From Candidatus Micrarchaeota archaeon (GTDB lineage Archaea > Micrarchaeota > Micrarchaeia > Norongarragalinales > SBBD01): DNA of 38,378 nt. A program made the translations under genes and the position numbers. Within the stretch, counting starts at the first letter, position 1; each line of letters opens with the position of its first letter. The notes under the pieces are model-generated. The model was not told the origin of the DNA. It did not search any database and saw nothing but the letters and a program-made list of their open reading frames with translations. This document shows positions 17,739 through 26,238 of this stretch, in pieces. The stretch covers positions 1 to 38,378 of the forward strand of contig JBDRDM010000006.1 of assembly GCA_043820675.1 (NCBI GenBank), read 5' to 3'.

Positions 17739-17891
17739 ATGAGATCATGCTCAAGCTGCGGCCGAAACGCCGATGATGCAACCGTATTCTCCTGCCCCAA
17801 CTGCGACAAGGGGAAGATCATAAGGTGCAAGAGCTGCCGGGAAAACGCCAATAAGTATGCGTGCAAGGATTGCGGATTCGAGGGCCCTTGA
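17739..17891 (+). CDS. small zinc-ribbon protein with four CxxC motifs (COG2888/DUF1610-like)
   Basis: Not in the ORF track (50 aa): MRSCSSCGRNADDATVFSCPNCDKGKIIRCKSCRENANKYACKDCGFEGP. The C-terminal CxxCGFxGP ending and four CxxC pairs match the archaeal Zn-ribbon family. AAGGTGA lies 6 nt upstream of the ATG. Confidence 0.6.
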   Translation: MRSCSSCGRNADDATVFSCPNCDKGKIIRCKSCRENANKYACKDCGFEGP

Positions 17892-18020
17892 AGTGGAGTA
17901 CCTATTTTCTCAATTTCGAATATCACATAATCCCCCTAATTACAAAATACATGCATTTTTGAAGATGGAACGGGTTTTAGTTTTTAGATGCACACCTAGT
18001 TTCAACAGCGGGTTGTTATA

Positions 18021-18512
18021 ATGCACAAAAAGGTCATGACATTTGGGGCATTTGATGTAATTCACGAGGGCCACCGCTCGCTTTTCAGGCAGGCGAAAAA
18101 GCTTGGGGGCAAGGATTCGAAGCTTTACGTAGTTGTGGCAAGCGATGAAAGGTACCTTTTAGTGAAGGGTAAAAAACCCTGGTTCTCGCAGCGCGTCAGG
18201 ATGGATCATGTCTCAAAGGAGCTGCTTGTAGATGTGGTTGTTAGGGGGGATAGGCTAAATACTCTGGTGCCGATTCTGAAATACCGGCCGGAGCTGATCG
18301 TCTTCGGATATGACCAGCCCCTCAAAACTTCAGAACTTCGAAGGATGCTAAAAATGGAGGGGTTTGAACATGCCAGGATCGTGCGCGCAAAGCCTTTTGG
18401 GCCCGGAAAATTCAAGAGCTCGAAAATAAAGGAGAGGGCAAAATTATTGGGAAAAAATAGGCATCGGAAAAGGGGGAAATATCAACTTAGCGGGATTAAT
18501 GGGCCAAATTAA
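18021..18512 (+). CDS. ribL: cytidylyltransferase-fold protein, RibL-like FAD synthase (FMN adenylyltransferase)
   Basis: VMTFGAFDVIHEGHRSLFRQAKKLG...YVVVASDERYLLVKGKKPWFSQRVR...RPELIVFGYDQ parallels M. jannaschii RibL (GTFDILHPGH...IVIVARDETVKKLKGRKPI...KPDIIVLGPDQ). Confidence 0.65.
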   Translation: MHKKVMTFGAFDVIHEGHRSLFRQAKKLGGKDSKLYVVVASDERYLLVKGKKPWFSQRVRMDHVSKELLVDVVVRGDRLNTLVPILKYRPELIVFGYDQPLKTSELRRMLKMEGFEHARIVRAKPFGPGKFKSSKIKERAKLLGKNRHRKRGKYQLSGINGPN

Positions 18513-18581
18513 GGAAAGGATCGGTTACCCGACCAAATTAGGGAAGGGGGTTCGAGACCTCCAATAATACATCGAAAAGTG

Positions 18582-18794
18582 CTAATAATGATGCTGGGCG
18601 GTGCCGATTATTATGAAACCAACGAAAGCTATCGCGCCCCAGACCGGCAAGGAGAAATTAGCGCCCCCGGATAGCATGAAGTACAAAAGCAGCAATGCGA
18701 TAAGCGTCCAGGAGGCCTCATCGTTTGGCAATAAGCTAGCCATATATGCGTCACCAAAATACGGTTTTTTAAGGAGAGATTTCTGGGAAATCAA
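18582..18794 (-). CDS. possible small two-TM membrane protein
   Basis: 70 aa (or 53 aa from the internal Met) with two hydrophobic segments, WTLIALLLLYFMLSG and VWGAIAFVGFIIIG. No homolog recognised. Confidence 0.35.
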   Translation of the reverse strand: MISQKSLLKKPYFGDAYMASLLPNDEASWTLIALLLLYFMLSGGANFSLPVWGAIAFVGFIIIGTAQHHY

Positions 18795-19043
18795 GTATAT
18801 ATATTTGTTGATGGGAATTCCTCCTCGAAGCCATTAATGGCGCATTGAAACAGATACCTTTTTAAAGATTAATTGCTACTTTAATGCGATATTTCAGCTT
18901 ATTGGCTCAACATGGCTGATTCTACGGGAAACTAACGGTTACAGGTAGCTCCCGGATTTGAAAAAAAGGATCATGGGGGAAGGGGCGGCCGGGATAATTA
19001 ACGGTGCCGATTCTACCCGATAAAAAAACATAGGTGAAGCGAT

Positions 19044-20342
19044 ATGGCGGAAAAACCTCATTTAAACCTCATCTTCACGGGCCACGTGGACCACGGGAAG
19101 AGCACCCTGGTTGGAAGGGTTCTTTACGATACCGGCGCCCTGTCGGAAAACGACCTTAGGAAACTAAAGGAGGAAGCCGCAAAGGTCGGAAAGGCAACAT
19201 TTGAGTTTGCATTCGCAATGGATCAGCTAAAGGAGGAGCGGGAAAGGGGGGTTACGATCGACATCGCCCACCGCGATTTCCACACTCAAAAATATTATTT
19301 CACAATCATCGACGCGCCCGGCCACAAGGACTTCGTGAAAAACATGATCACGGGAGCGTCCCAAGCGGATGCGGCGGTGCTGGTATGCTCCGCAAAGGAG
19401 GGCGTCCAGGCACAGACCATTGAGCATGCATTCCTTTTGAAGGTGCTTGGAGTATCGCAGTTCATAATTGCGATCAACAAGATGGATGCCATAAACTACG
19501 ACCATGTGAAGTTTGAGGAAACCAAATCGGCGCTCATAGCAAAAATCAAGCCCATGGGCTACAAGATGGACCAGATTGCGGTAATTCCGGTTTCCGCGTA
19601 CATGGGAGACAATGTCGGGCAAAAGGAAGGGGGTCCCGACAAGGAACACAAAAAAATCAACATGCCCTGGTATTCGGGGCCCACATTCCTCGAAGCGCTC
19701 GATAAGCTGCTCGAACCCAAGAAGGCAACAGACAAGCCGCTTAGGCTGCCCATCCAGGAGGTCATGACGATCACCGGCCAGGGCACCGTGCCCGTCGGCA
19801 GGGTCGAAAGCGGAGTGCTAAAGCCAAATACAACCATAATCATCATGCCTGAGAACGTCACTGCGGAAGTCAAGAGCATTGAGATGCACCACCAGCCCCT
19901 TCAGCAGGCGATCCCTGGCGACAATATCGGCTTTGCCCTTAAGGGAGTCGATAAGAAGGCGATCAGGAGGGGATCCGTTGTGGGCGATGTCAAGGCGCCT
20001 CCGATGGTCGCGGAGGAATTTACTGCGCAGATCGTGGTGCTCAACCATCCAACTGCCATCGGAAAGAATTACACGCCGGTATTCCACCTGCACACCTCGC
20101 AGGTTGCATGCACGATAACCGAGATCATGGAGAAAAAGGACCCCAAGACCGGGCAGACGGTCCAGAAGAACCCGGATTTCATCAAGACCGGCGATGTGGC
20201 AATCGTTAGGATCAAGCCGACAAAGCCAACAGTCGTTGAAAAGTACAGCGAATACCCCGCCCTTGGGAGGTTCGCCATAAGGGACATGGGACAGACCGTC
20301 GCGGCTGGAATCGTGCTGGAAGTGGTACCGAAGAAAACATGA
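19044..20342 (+). CDS. tuf: translation elongation factor aEF-1 alpha
   Basis: GHVDHGKSTLVGR, DAPGHKDF, NKMD, and full-length domains 2 and 3. Confidence 0.97.
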   Translation: MAEKPHLNLIFTGHVDHGKSTLVGRVLYDTGALSENDLRKLKEEAAKVGKATFEFAFAMDQLKEERERGVTIDIAHRDFHTQKYYFTIIDAPGHKDFVKNMITGASQADAAVLVCSAKEGVQAQTIEHAFLLKVLGVSQFIIAINKMDAINYDHVKFEETKSALIAKIKPMGYKMDQIAVIPVSAYMGDNVGQKEGGPDKEHKKINMPWYSGPTFLEALDKLLEPKKATDKPLRLPIQEVMTITGQGTVPVGRVESGVLKPNTTIIIMPENVTAEVKSIEMHHQPLQQAIPGDNIGFALKGVDKKAIRRGSVVGDVKAPPMVAEEFTAQIVVLNHPTAIGKNYTPVFHLHTSQVACTITEIMEKKDPKTGQTVQKNPDFIKTGDVAIVRIKPTKPTVVEKYSEYPALGRFAIRDMGQTVAAGIVLEVVPKKT

Positions 20343-20355
20343 TTTCTCATCGGAA

Positions 20356-20371
20356 TTTTTTTTTATTTTTT
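20356..20371 (+). terminator. oligo-T terminator after tuf
   Basis: TTTTTTTTTATTTTTT begins 14 nt after the tuf stop codon. Confidence 0.5.
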
Positions 20372-20522
20372 CATAATTGTGTTCATGAGTTGAGAGGCCA
20401 AAAGAGGGGTAGGTCCGTATGAAGAGTACGCACCTGCTCGTCAAGTAGGCCCTCGCTTATGATTTATCGTATTTGGCCTGGAAGAAAAAGATGGTTTTGA
20501 AAAAATTAAGCGTGTGTTCGTT

Positions 20523-20825
20523 ATGAAGGCGCGGATAAAACTCGAAAGCCGGTCGTATACCGACCTTGATGGCGTTTGCACGCAAATCAAGGACATAGCC
20601 AAGCGTGCGGGCGTCGAGATCCGCGGGCCGATACCGCTGCCGACGAAAAAGCTTCGGATAACAACCCGGAAAACGCCGTGCGGCGATGGTTCCGACACCT
20701 ATGAGAAATGGGAATGCCGCATCCACAAGCGCCTAATGGAAATCAAGGCCGACGACCGAGTGCTTCGGGACGTGATGCGGATGGAAATCCCAAAATCAGT
20801 CTCGCTTGAGATGAATTTGAGTTGA
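20523..20825 (+). CDS. rps10: 30S ribosomal protein uS10
   Basis: MKARIKLESRSYTDLDGVCTQIKDIAKRAGVEIRGPIPLPTKKLRITTRKTPCGDGSDTYEKWECRIHKRLMEI is the classic uS10 pattern, in the conserved position after EF-1alpha. The track starts at GTG 20514. Confidence 0.9.
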   Translation: MKARIKLESRSYTDLDGVCTQIKDIAKRAGVEIRGPIPLPTKKLRITTRKTPCGDGSDTYEKWECRIHKRLMEIKADDRVLRDVMRMEIPKSVSLEMNLS

Positions 20826-21016
20826 GAAAACAGTTTTTTAAATGAATATTTACCTCGTCTTCTTTTATGTTAATCTGTTAGCCCTAATTTCAAAAATTCG
20901 CTAATTAAATTTCTGTGTTAGCGATTGCATATTTGAAAAATATTTCGAATTCATGCCGGTTGCGCTGTTTTTGATATATTTATATTCGCCCCCAGTTTAA
21001 ACCTTATTCGAGAGAT

Positions 21017-21838
21017 ATGGTAAATTTCATACTGCTTGCCGGAGGCCTTGTTCTTGCGGGCTTCGGGATCATGGTAATTAAGGGGCAAAAGAAGGAGGAT
21101 GAGGAGCTCTACAAAATCCAAAGGCAGCCTCCCTTGCAGTTGGAGGATGCGGTCGCGGACGTGCCCGCAAAAATTGCCGGGAAGGTCGTTCCGATAAAGC
21201 TTCTAAAATCCAACTACCAGAAAGTGGATTGCGTGTACTACGTCAGCATGGAAGAGGAATTGCAAAAGTCCGGGAAAAGCCATAAGTGGGTTACCGTCTT
21301 TTATGATTACGGATTTGAGCCGTTTAATGTGGATGATGGCACCGGCAAGGTCAGGATGGATTTGCTGGGGGAGGAGAAGAGGAGGCTTTACGATGAGCTG
21401 CGGGGCCTTTACAGGGGGGGAACCATCAATCCCATGGAAGCCGTGGGAAGGGTATTGGAAGCCGCAAGCAAATTCCCGATAATCGGGGCGGTCCCAAAGG
21501 AAAGCGACCTTGCAGATTTCGAGAGGGTCCTGGAATGGGAGGGAATGAAGGGAGGAATGGAAGTATTTGGAGGTCTTAAGCTTGGCTCCGTTCGGGCGCG
21601 CAGATATGAGTGGGTGCTTCGGCCGGATTCGAAGATTTTCGCGTATGGAATGATAAGGAAGAAGGCGGGGGGGCTCATAATGCAGCCGGATAGTGCTTTG
21701 AAACTGATTGCCAGCACCAAAAGCGAGGAGGAATACTTGAAGGGAAAACGGAGCGATGACAAGTTACAGATTTTATTGGGATATGGGCTTGGGATTTTGG
21801 GAACGGCCATGTTCCTTGTGAATTTCCTAATCGATTGA
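21017..21838 (+). CDS. GIDE-like membrane protein (TM, beta-rich domain, TM), paralog 1
   Basis: 273 aa. An N-terminal TM is followed by ...VPAKIAGKVVPIKLLKSNYQKVDCVYYVSMEEE...KWVTVFYDYGFEPFNVDDGTGKVRMDL, which fits the prokaryotic GIDE (E3-ligase-named Pfam family) pattern. A C-terminal TM (ILLGYGLGILGTAMFLVNFLI) follows. The gene ends 18 nt upstream of lemA. Confidence 0.65.
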   Translation: MVNFILLAGGLVLAGFGIMVIKGQKKEDEELYKIQRQPPLQLEDAVADVPAKIAGKVVPIKLLKSNYQKVDCVYYVSMEEELQKSGKSHKWVTVFYDYGFEPFNVDDGTGKVRMDLLGEEKRRLYDELRGLYRGGTINPMEAVGRVLEAASKFPIIGAVPKESDLADFERVLEWEGMKGGMEVFGGLKLGSVRARRYEWVLRPDSKIFAYGMIRKKAGGLIMQPDSALKLIASTKSEEEYLKGKRSDDKLQILLGYGLGILGTAMFLVNFLID

Positions 21839-21856
21839 GAAAAAGAGGAGTGCACC

Positions 21857-22417
21857 ATGGCATACGAAATCATCATTATTGCGGGAATTACAATGCTCGC
21901 GCTCGTGCTGGCAGTTGTTTACAACCGCCTCATCCAGCTGCGCGAGAGATGCAATGATTCATGGAGCCAAATCGATATACAGCTAAAGAGGAGAAACGAC
22001 CTGATCCCAAATCTCGTCGAGGTTGTTAAGGGTTATGCAAAATTTGAGAAATCGGTATTCGAGAAGGTGGCGCTTGCGAGAAGCGGTTTCATGAACGCCA
22101 AATCGATCGGCGAAATATCAAAGGCCAACGATAATATTGAAATCGCCGTCAAATCCGTTTTTGCCGTAGCGGAGAATTATCCGGAATTGAAGGCGGACAA
22201 GAATTTCCTGCATTTGCAAGATGAGATCGGCGATGCTGAGGAGCGGATCGCGTATTCGCGGGGCTTTTACAACGATACGGTATTGAACTACAACAATTCG
22301 ATCCAGATATTCCCGTGGAACATGGTTGCCCGAATCGCCGGGATGGGCAAGAGGGAGTATTTCGGCGCGTCAGAAAATGAAAGAAAGAATGTGGTTGTTA
22401 AGGATATGAATAAATAA
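21857..22417 (+). CDS. lemA: LemA family membrane protein
   Basis: N-terminal TM plus YNRLIQLRERCNDSWSQIDIQLKRRNDLIPNLVEVVKGYAKFEK...AENYPELKADKNFLHLQDEI...ERIAYSRGFYNDTVLNYNNSIQIFPWNMVA. GAGGAG lies upstream. Confidence 0.9.
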   Translation: MAYEIIIIAGITMLALVLAVVYNRLIQLRERCNDSWSQIDIQLKRRNDLIPNLVEVVKGYAKFEKSVFEKVALARSGFMNAKSIGEISKANDNIEIAVKSVFAVAENYPELKADKNFLHLQDEIGDAEERIAYSRGFYNDTVLNYNNSIQIFPWNMVARIAGMGKREYFGASENERKNVVVKDMNK

Positions 22418-22438
22418 CAGGGATTTAAGGCGAATATT

Positions 22439-23152
22439 ATGGATTGGAAATATTTCATTGCCCCCGCGATTGGGATCGCATTCGTGATTGGCGGTATCAT
22501 CAAGCTTAAGAAAGTGGGGGATGAAAAGCGATTATTTAGGATGATGAGTGCACTGCCGGTAACTAAAATTTCAGATGTACGGCAGGGACAGGTAAAATTA
22601 GAGGGCAAGGTGCAAGCTTCGCAGCAGATCAAATCCAAATACGGCCTTGCCAATTGCGTTTATTTCCGAAGTGTCACCGAGCAATACCGGCGGACAGGAA
22701 AAAGAGGATCTACTTGGATAGTGGTTTCTTCGGATAGCGGAAGCGTGCCATTCTGGGTGGGCGACGGCTCCGGAAAAATAGAGATCGATTTGCAAGGCGT
22801 TGGAAAAGACTCAATTGTTTTAAATGAAACTTATATTGAGGGCGGCAAACCTAAAGCCGCGGGCATTGGCCCCTTCAAGTATGAGGGCTTTGGCCTGGGC
22901 GATAAGCGGAAGCGGGAGTCGGTTCTGAAGGCCGGCGATGAATTGCTTGTTTACGGAAGGATGGAAAAGGGGAAAATCACATACGATAAGGACGCACCGA
23001 TTCTGATCAGCACCCTTCCGGAAGCCGAAGTGATTGCAAAATTCGGATCAGATGACTGGCAAGCCCATCTCGGCGGCATTTATGCGATTGTGATCGGAAC
23101 AATGCTAATTGTGGTCGGATGCGTCTTTGCTAGCGGATCGCTTGGGATTTAG
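22439..23152 (+). CDS. GIDE-like membrane protein, paralog 2
   Basis: 237 aa. TM, then LPVTKISDVRQGQVKLEGKVQASQQIKSKYGLANCVYFRSVTEQYRR...WIVVSSDSGSVPFWVGDGSGKIEIDLQGV, then a C-terminal TM (IYAIVIGTMLIVVGCVFA). Same architecture as 21017..21838. Confidence 0.7.
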   Translation: MDWKYFIAPAIGIAFVIGGIIKLKKVGDEKRLFRMMSALPVTKISDVRQGQVKLEGKVQASQQIKSKYGLANCVYFRSVTEQYRRTGKRGSTWIVVSSDSGSVPFWVGDGSGKIEIDLQGVGKDSIVLNETYIEGGKPKAAGIGPFKYEGFGLGDKRKRESVLKAGDELLVYGRMEKGKITYDKDAPILISTLPEAEVIAKFGSDDWQAHLGGIYAIVIGTMLIVVGCVFASGSLGI

Positions 23153-23197
23153 GCGCGATAATGGGAAAAGGATCAGACAAGGGCAATGCTTTACGAT

Positions 23198-23299
23198 ATG
23201 TCCACTATGCGATTCCTTGCCGGGATGGGCAAGAGGGAGTATTTCGGCGCGGCTGAAGGCGAGAGAAAAAACGTGGAAGTGAAGGATTTGGAAGGATAG
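23198..23299 (+). pseudogene. remnant of a second lemA copy (C-terminal 33 codons only)
   Basis: Translation MSTMRFLAGMGKREYFGAAEGERKNVEVKDLEG parallels the LemA C-terminus ...MVARIAGMGKREYFGASENERKNVVVKDMNK. The 33-nt stretch 23219-23251 is identical to 22337-22369. Confidence 0.7.
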
Positions 23300-23302
23300 G
23301 AA

Positions 23303-23920
23303 CTAGCTTTTTTTATCGGGCTGGCGGGGCTTATATCTTGGTTTAGCCCGGTTTACGCCCCATCCAAATCTTTTGTGCGAACCCCTAAGCCTAACTCCGG
23401 CATTGTAGGCATTTGCAAGCGCCTCCCGGTACGCGGTTTCAATACCGTCTGGCCCATGCTGCTTAAGCCTAGATGCCAGGAAATCCGTATTGGCTGCAAT
23501 CCCGTGAAGATCCGCCATCAGCTTTGTAGGATCCGGATGGATCGAAGGCAGCATTAGGGGTTTTGGCATCCGCGAGCTAAAATGGGAGCGCAACCGGCTG
23601 CTGAAATTCTCGCTAAAAGGATTCATTAGGTCGATATTCCGATCCTGGCTTCTTCGCCGATCCTTCCTCCTGCGCTCTTTTTCGATTTGAAGGAAGCTGC
23701 TTCGTCTTTCAGATTGCCTTCTTTCAGGACCCCTTCGCTCGATCCCTATCCGAGCAAATCCGGCAAATGCGGCGGCAAGCAAGCCATTTTGGATTTTAGG
23801 CATCTCCATACTCCGAATGATCAAACCTTGGTTTTTTTCCCCGAGAATAGCCCTAACTTTGGGCAAATGCGCTTCCGCCATGACATCTGTTATTTTACGA
23901 CTAGCTTCCGGCATAAACAA
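23303..23920 (-). CDS. hypothetical protein with an Arg-rich ERR/DRR low-complexity centre
   Basis: 205 aa. The centre reads RRGPERRQSERRSS...EKERRRKDRRRSQDR. It lies downstream of and co-oriented with EF-2, with a TATA-like TTTAATAAT about 45 nt upstream. No family recognised, and coding status is moderately supported only. Confidence 0.45.
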   Translation of the reverse strand: MFMPEASRKITDVMAEAHLPKVRAILGEKNQGLIIRSMEMPKIQNGLLAAAFAGFARIGIERRGPERRQSERRSSFLQIEKERRRKDRRRSQDRNIDLMNPFSENFSSRLRSHFSSRMPKPLMLPSIHPDPTKLMADLHGIAANTDFLASRLKQHGPDGIETAYREALANAYNAGVRLRGSHKRFGWGVNRAKPRYKPRQPDKKS

Positions 23921-24051
23921 ACAATCCGAAACACCTTAAGGGCAGAAAATTATTAAATGTGGGCAGATTGGGGAAGCGTCAGGCAAGGCGGCAGAGAATA
24001 GGCAAAGCGCATGGGCACAACTGTTGGCACAATTTTATTGAAGGAATCGGC

Positions 24052-26238
24052 CTAATCCAAAAAGTCCTTCGCCGTCGGAGGGACCTCAGGATCGCCCTTG
24101 CGCTTGCGGATCTGTATCTGGATCTTTGCCTGCAGGTCCGGATTTAGGCGCTCGTAGCCCGCATACTCGTAGTACCATACGGCCCTGCCCTGCGTTGCCC
24201 CTCGGATCTCGTTTGCAAACCCGAACATCTCCGCAACAGGGACCTTTGCGGTCACAGTGACGACTTCGCCTTCCTGCTCGATGTTTTCTATCTGGCCGCG
24301 CCTTCCTTGAACTTTTATCGTGATGTTTCCCAGGTAATCTGAGGGCGAATTGACAACGAGCTTTTGCTTGGGTTCCATGAGTGTGCATTTGGCCATTAGC
24401 ATGCCAGCGTAAATCGGCCGCTTGAATGCAGGGAAGAGCTGCGCGGGGCCCCTGTGGGCCGGATCAACGTGGATGGAAGCATCAGTAAGGATGACCTTGA
24501 CGCCTACGCACTTCTCCTTTGCAAGGGGCCCTTGCTCCATCGCCTCCTCAAAGGCGCTGATTAGCGATTCCTTGATGTCCGTAAGGTATTGCACACCCTT
24601 AGTCATGTCCAAAAGGAAATTGCTGTTGTGGATTTTCATGACGGACTTTGCCTCATCGCGAGGAAGGCCCGCCTTAATCAGGAGCTCTATTAGCTCCTTG
24701 CCCTTCTTGTGCTCGTCTATAGTGCCGTCGTTGATGGCATCCACTACGCTCTTTTCAACAGGTTGCACGTAAATCTTGAACTTGTTGTGCTTGTTTGGTG
24801 ATTTTCCCTCGAGCTCGGGGGATTCCCCAAAGACGGTTTCCTGGTAGACGACTATCGGAGGGGATGTGATGATATCTACGCCATGCTCGTTTTTAATCTT
24901 GTACTCGATGATTTCAAGGTGGAGTTCGCCCATGCCGGAGATCAGGCTCTCGCCGGTTTCCGGGTTGATCTCAAGCTTCATGGTCGGGTCTTCCTTGCCC
25001 AGCTTTTTCATGACTTCAACGAGCTTGACCAGGTCGCGGGGGTTCTTTGCTTCGATGCTTTTCGTGACTACGGGAACGGAATGATGCTTTATCTGCTCGA
25101 AGGGCGTAATGTGGTCTTCGGAAACCGTTTCCCCGGAGAATACCTCTTTTAGCCCAACAAGTGCAACGATATTGCCTGCGGGGACCTCGTCGATTGTTAT
25201 GCGGTCGGGGCCCATGTAGAGCGCAACCCCTTGCAGCTTCTCCTTCTTGAATTGCGAAGCAAGGTAAACATCGGTGCCCTTTTTGAGGGTTCCCGAATAA
25301 AGCCTCCCGACGGCCACTTCGCCGGCGTGCGGATCCATTTGGATGGCAGTAACCATGAAGCAGGCCTTCCCGGCGGCATCAACGGATAGCATGCTCTTTC
25401 CCAAATCGCTATCTAGATCGCCGTGCCAAATAACGGGAACGCGGTATTTTTGGGCCGTTAATGGGTTTGGGAGATGGTTGATTATCATGTCCATCATGAC
25501 CGGCCCAAGCGGGATCTTTTCCTGCAGTTCAGCATGCCTGCCATCAACGCACGCCTGGTAGATGTCCTTGAATGTCATGCCCGATTTCTTCATTTGCTTG
25601 CCCGAAATTGCCCACTTGTTGAAAGCGGTCCCGAAGGCAACATTTCCCTTTGCAACATCGATTTGCCATTCACTCTTGAATTCCTCGGAACCGAAGGTCG
25701 TGATCAGCTTATTTATTCCCGTGATGATCTTGAGGAAGCGCTGCTGCATCTGCACGGCATCCAGCTTCAATTCGTTTATCAGCCTATCGATCTTGTTGAT
25801 GAAAAGAACCGGTTTTACTTTTTCCTTGAGGGCCTGGCGGAGAACTGTTTCGGTCTGGGGCATGATGCCCTCAACGCAATCGATGACAATCACGGCGCCG
25901 TCAACTGCCCTCATGGCCCTTGTGACATGGCCGCCGAAATCAACATGGCCCGGGGTATCTATCAGGTTGATGAGGTATGGCTCGCCCTCATAAGTGTAAG
26001 GGATTGAAATGTTCGCTGCTTTGATGGTGATTCCCCTTGCCTGCTCCTGCTCATCGTAATCAAGGACCCGCTGCTCGCCAGCGAGTTCCTGGGAGATGAG
26101 GCCAGCTAGCGCAACTAAGCTATCACTCAGTGTGGTTTTTCCATGGTCGACATGGGCAACGATACCTATGTTCCGGATGTTCTTCCTATTTGACATGAGC
26201 TTCCCGGCTTCCTCGGCGATGTTTTCCTTTCGTGCCAT
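24052..26238 (-). CDS. fusA: translation elongation factor aEF-2
   Basis: AHVDHGKTTLSD, DTPGHVDF, NKIDR, 728 aa, with a C-terminal region that includes the diphthamide-loop context (HVDPAHRG). Confidence 0.97.
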   Translation of the reverse strand: MARKENIAEEAGKLMSNRKNIRNIGIVAHVDHGKTTLSDSLVALAGLISQELAGEQRVLDYDEQEQARGITIKAANISIPYTYEGEPYLINLIDTPGHVDFGGHVTRAMRAVDGAVIVIDCVEGIMPQTETVLRQALKEKVKPVLFINKIDRLINELKLDAVQMQQRFLKIITGINKLITTFGSEEFKSEWQIDVAKGNVAFGTAFNKWAISGKQMKKSGMTFKDIYQACVDGRHAELQEKIPLGPVMMDMIINHLPNPLTAQKYRVPVIWHGDLDSDLGKSMLSVDAAGKACFMVTAIQMDPHAGEVAVGRLYSGTLKKGTDVYLASQFKKEKLQGVALYMGPDRITIDEVPAGNIVALVGLKEVFSGETVSEDHITPFEQIKHHSVPVVTKSIEAKNPRDLVKLVEVMKKLGKEDPTMKLEINPETGESLISGMGELHLEIIEYKIKNEHGVDIITSPPIVVYQETVFGESPELEGKSPNKHNKFKIYVQPVEKSVVDAINDGTIDEHKKGKELIELLIKAGLPRDEAKSVMKIHNSNFLLDMTKGVQYLTDIKESLISAFEEAMEQGPLAKEKCVGVKVILTDASIHVDPAHRGPAQLFPAFKRPIYAGMLMAKCTLMEPKQKLVVNSPSDYLGNITIKVQGRRGQIENIEQEGEVVTVTAKVPVAEMFGFANEIRGATQGRAVWYYEYAGYERLNPDLQAKIQIQIRKRKGDPEVPPTAKDFLD

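Noticed and set aside
18840-19043. Short direct repeat GATTCTAC(G/C)CG (about 18916 and about 19005) upstream of tuf
   Set aside because: There are only two copies of about 10 nt with mismatched flanks, which is compatible with chance. No associated structure or ORF was found.
24086-26007. Multiple 60-177-aa ORFs on both strands inside EF-2 (for example 25474..26007 + and 25562..25993 +)
   Set aside because: They lie entirely within the aEF-2 CDS, which has full-length conserved motifs, so they are alternative-frame artefacts.
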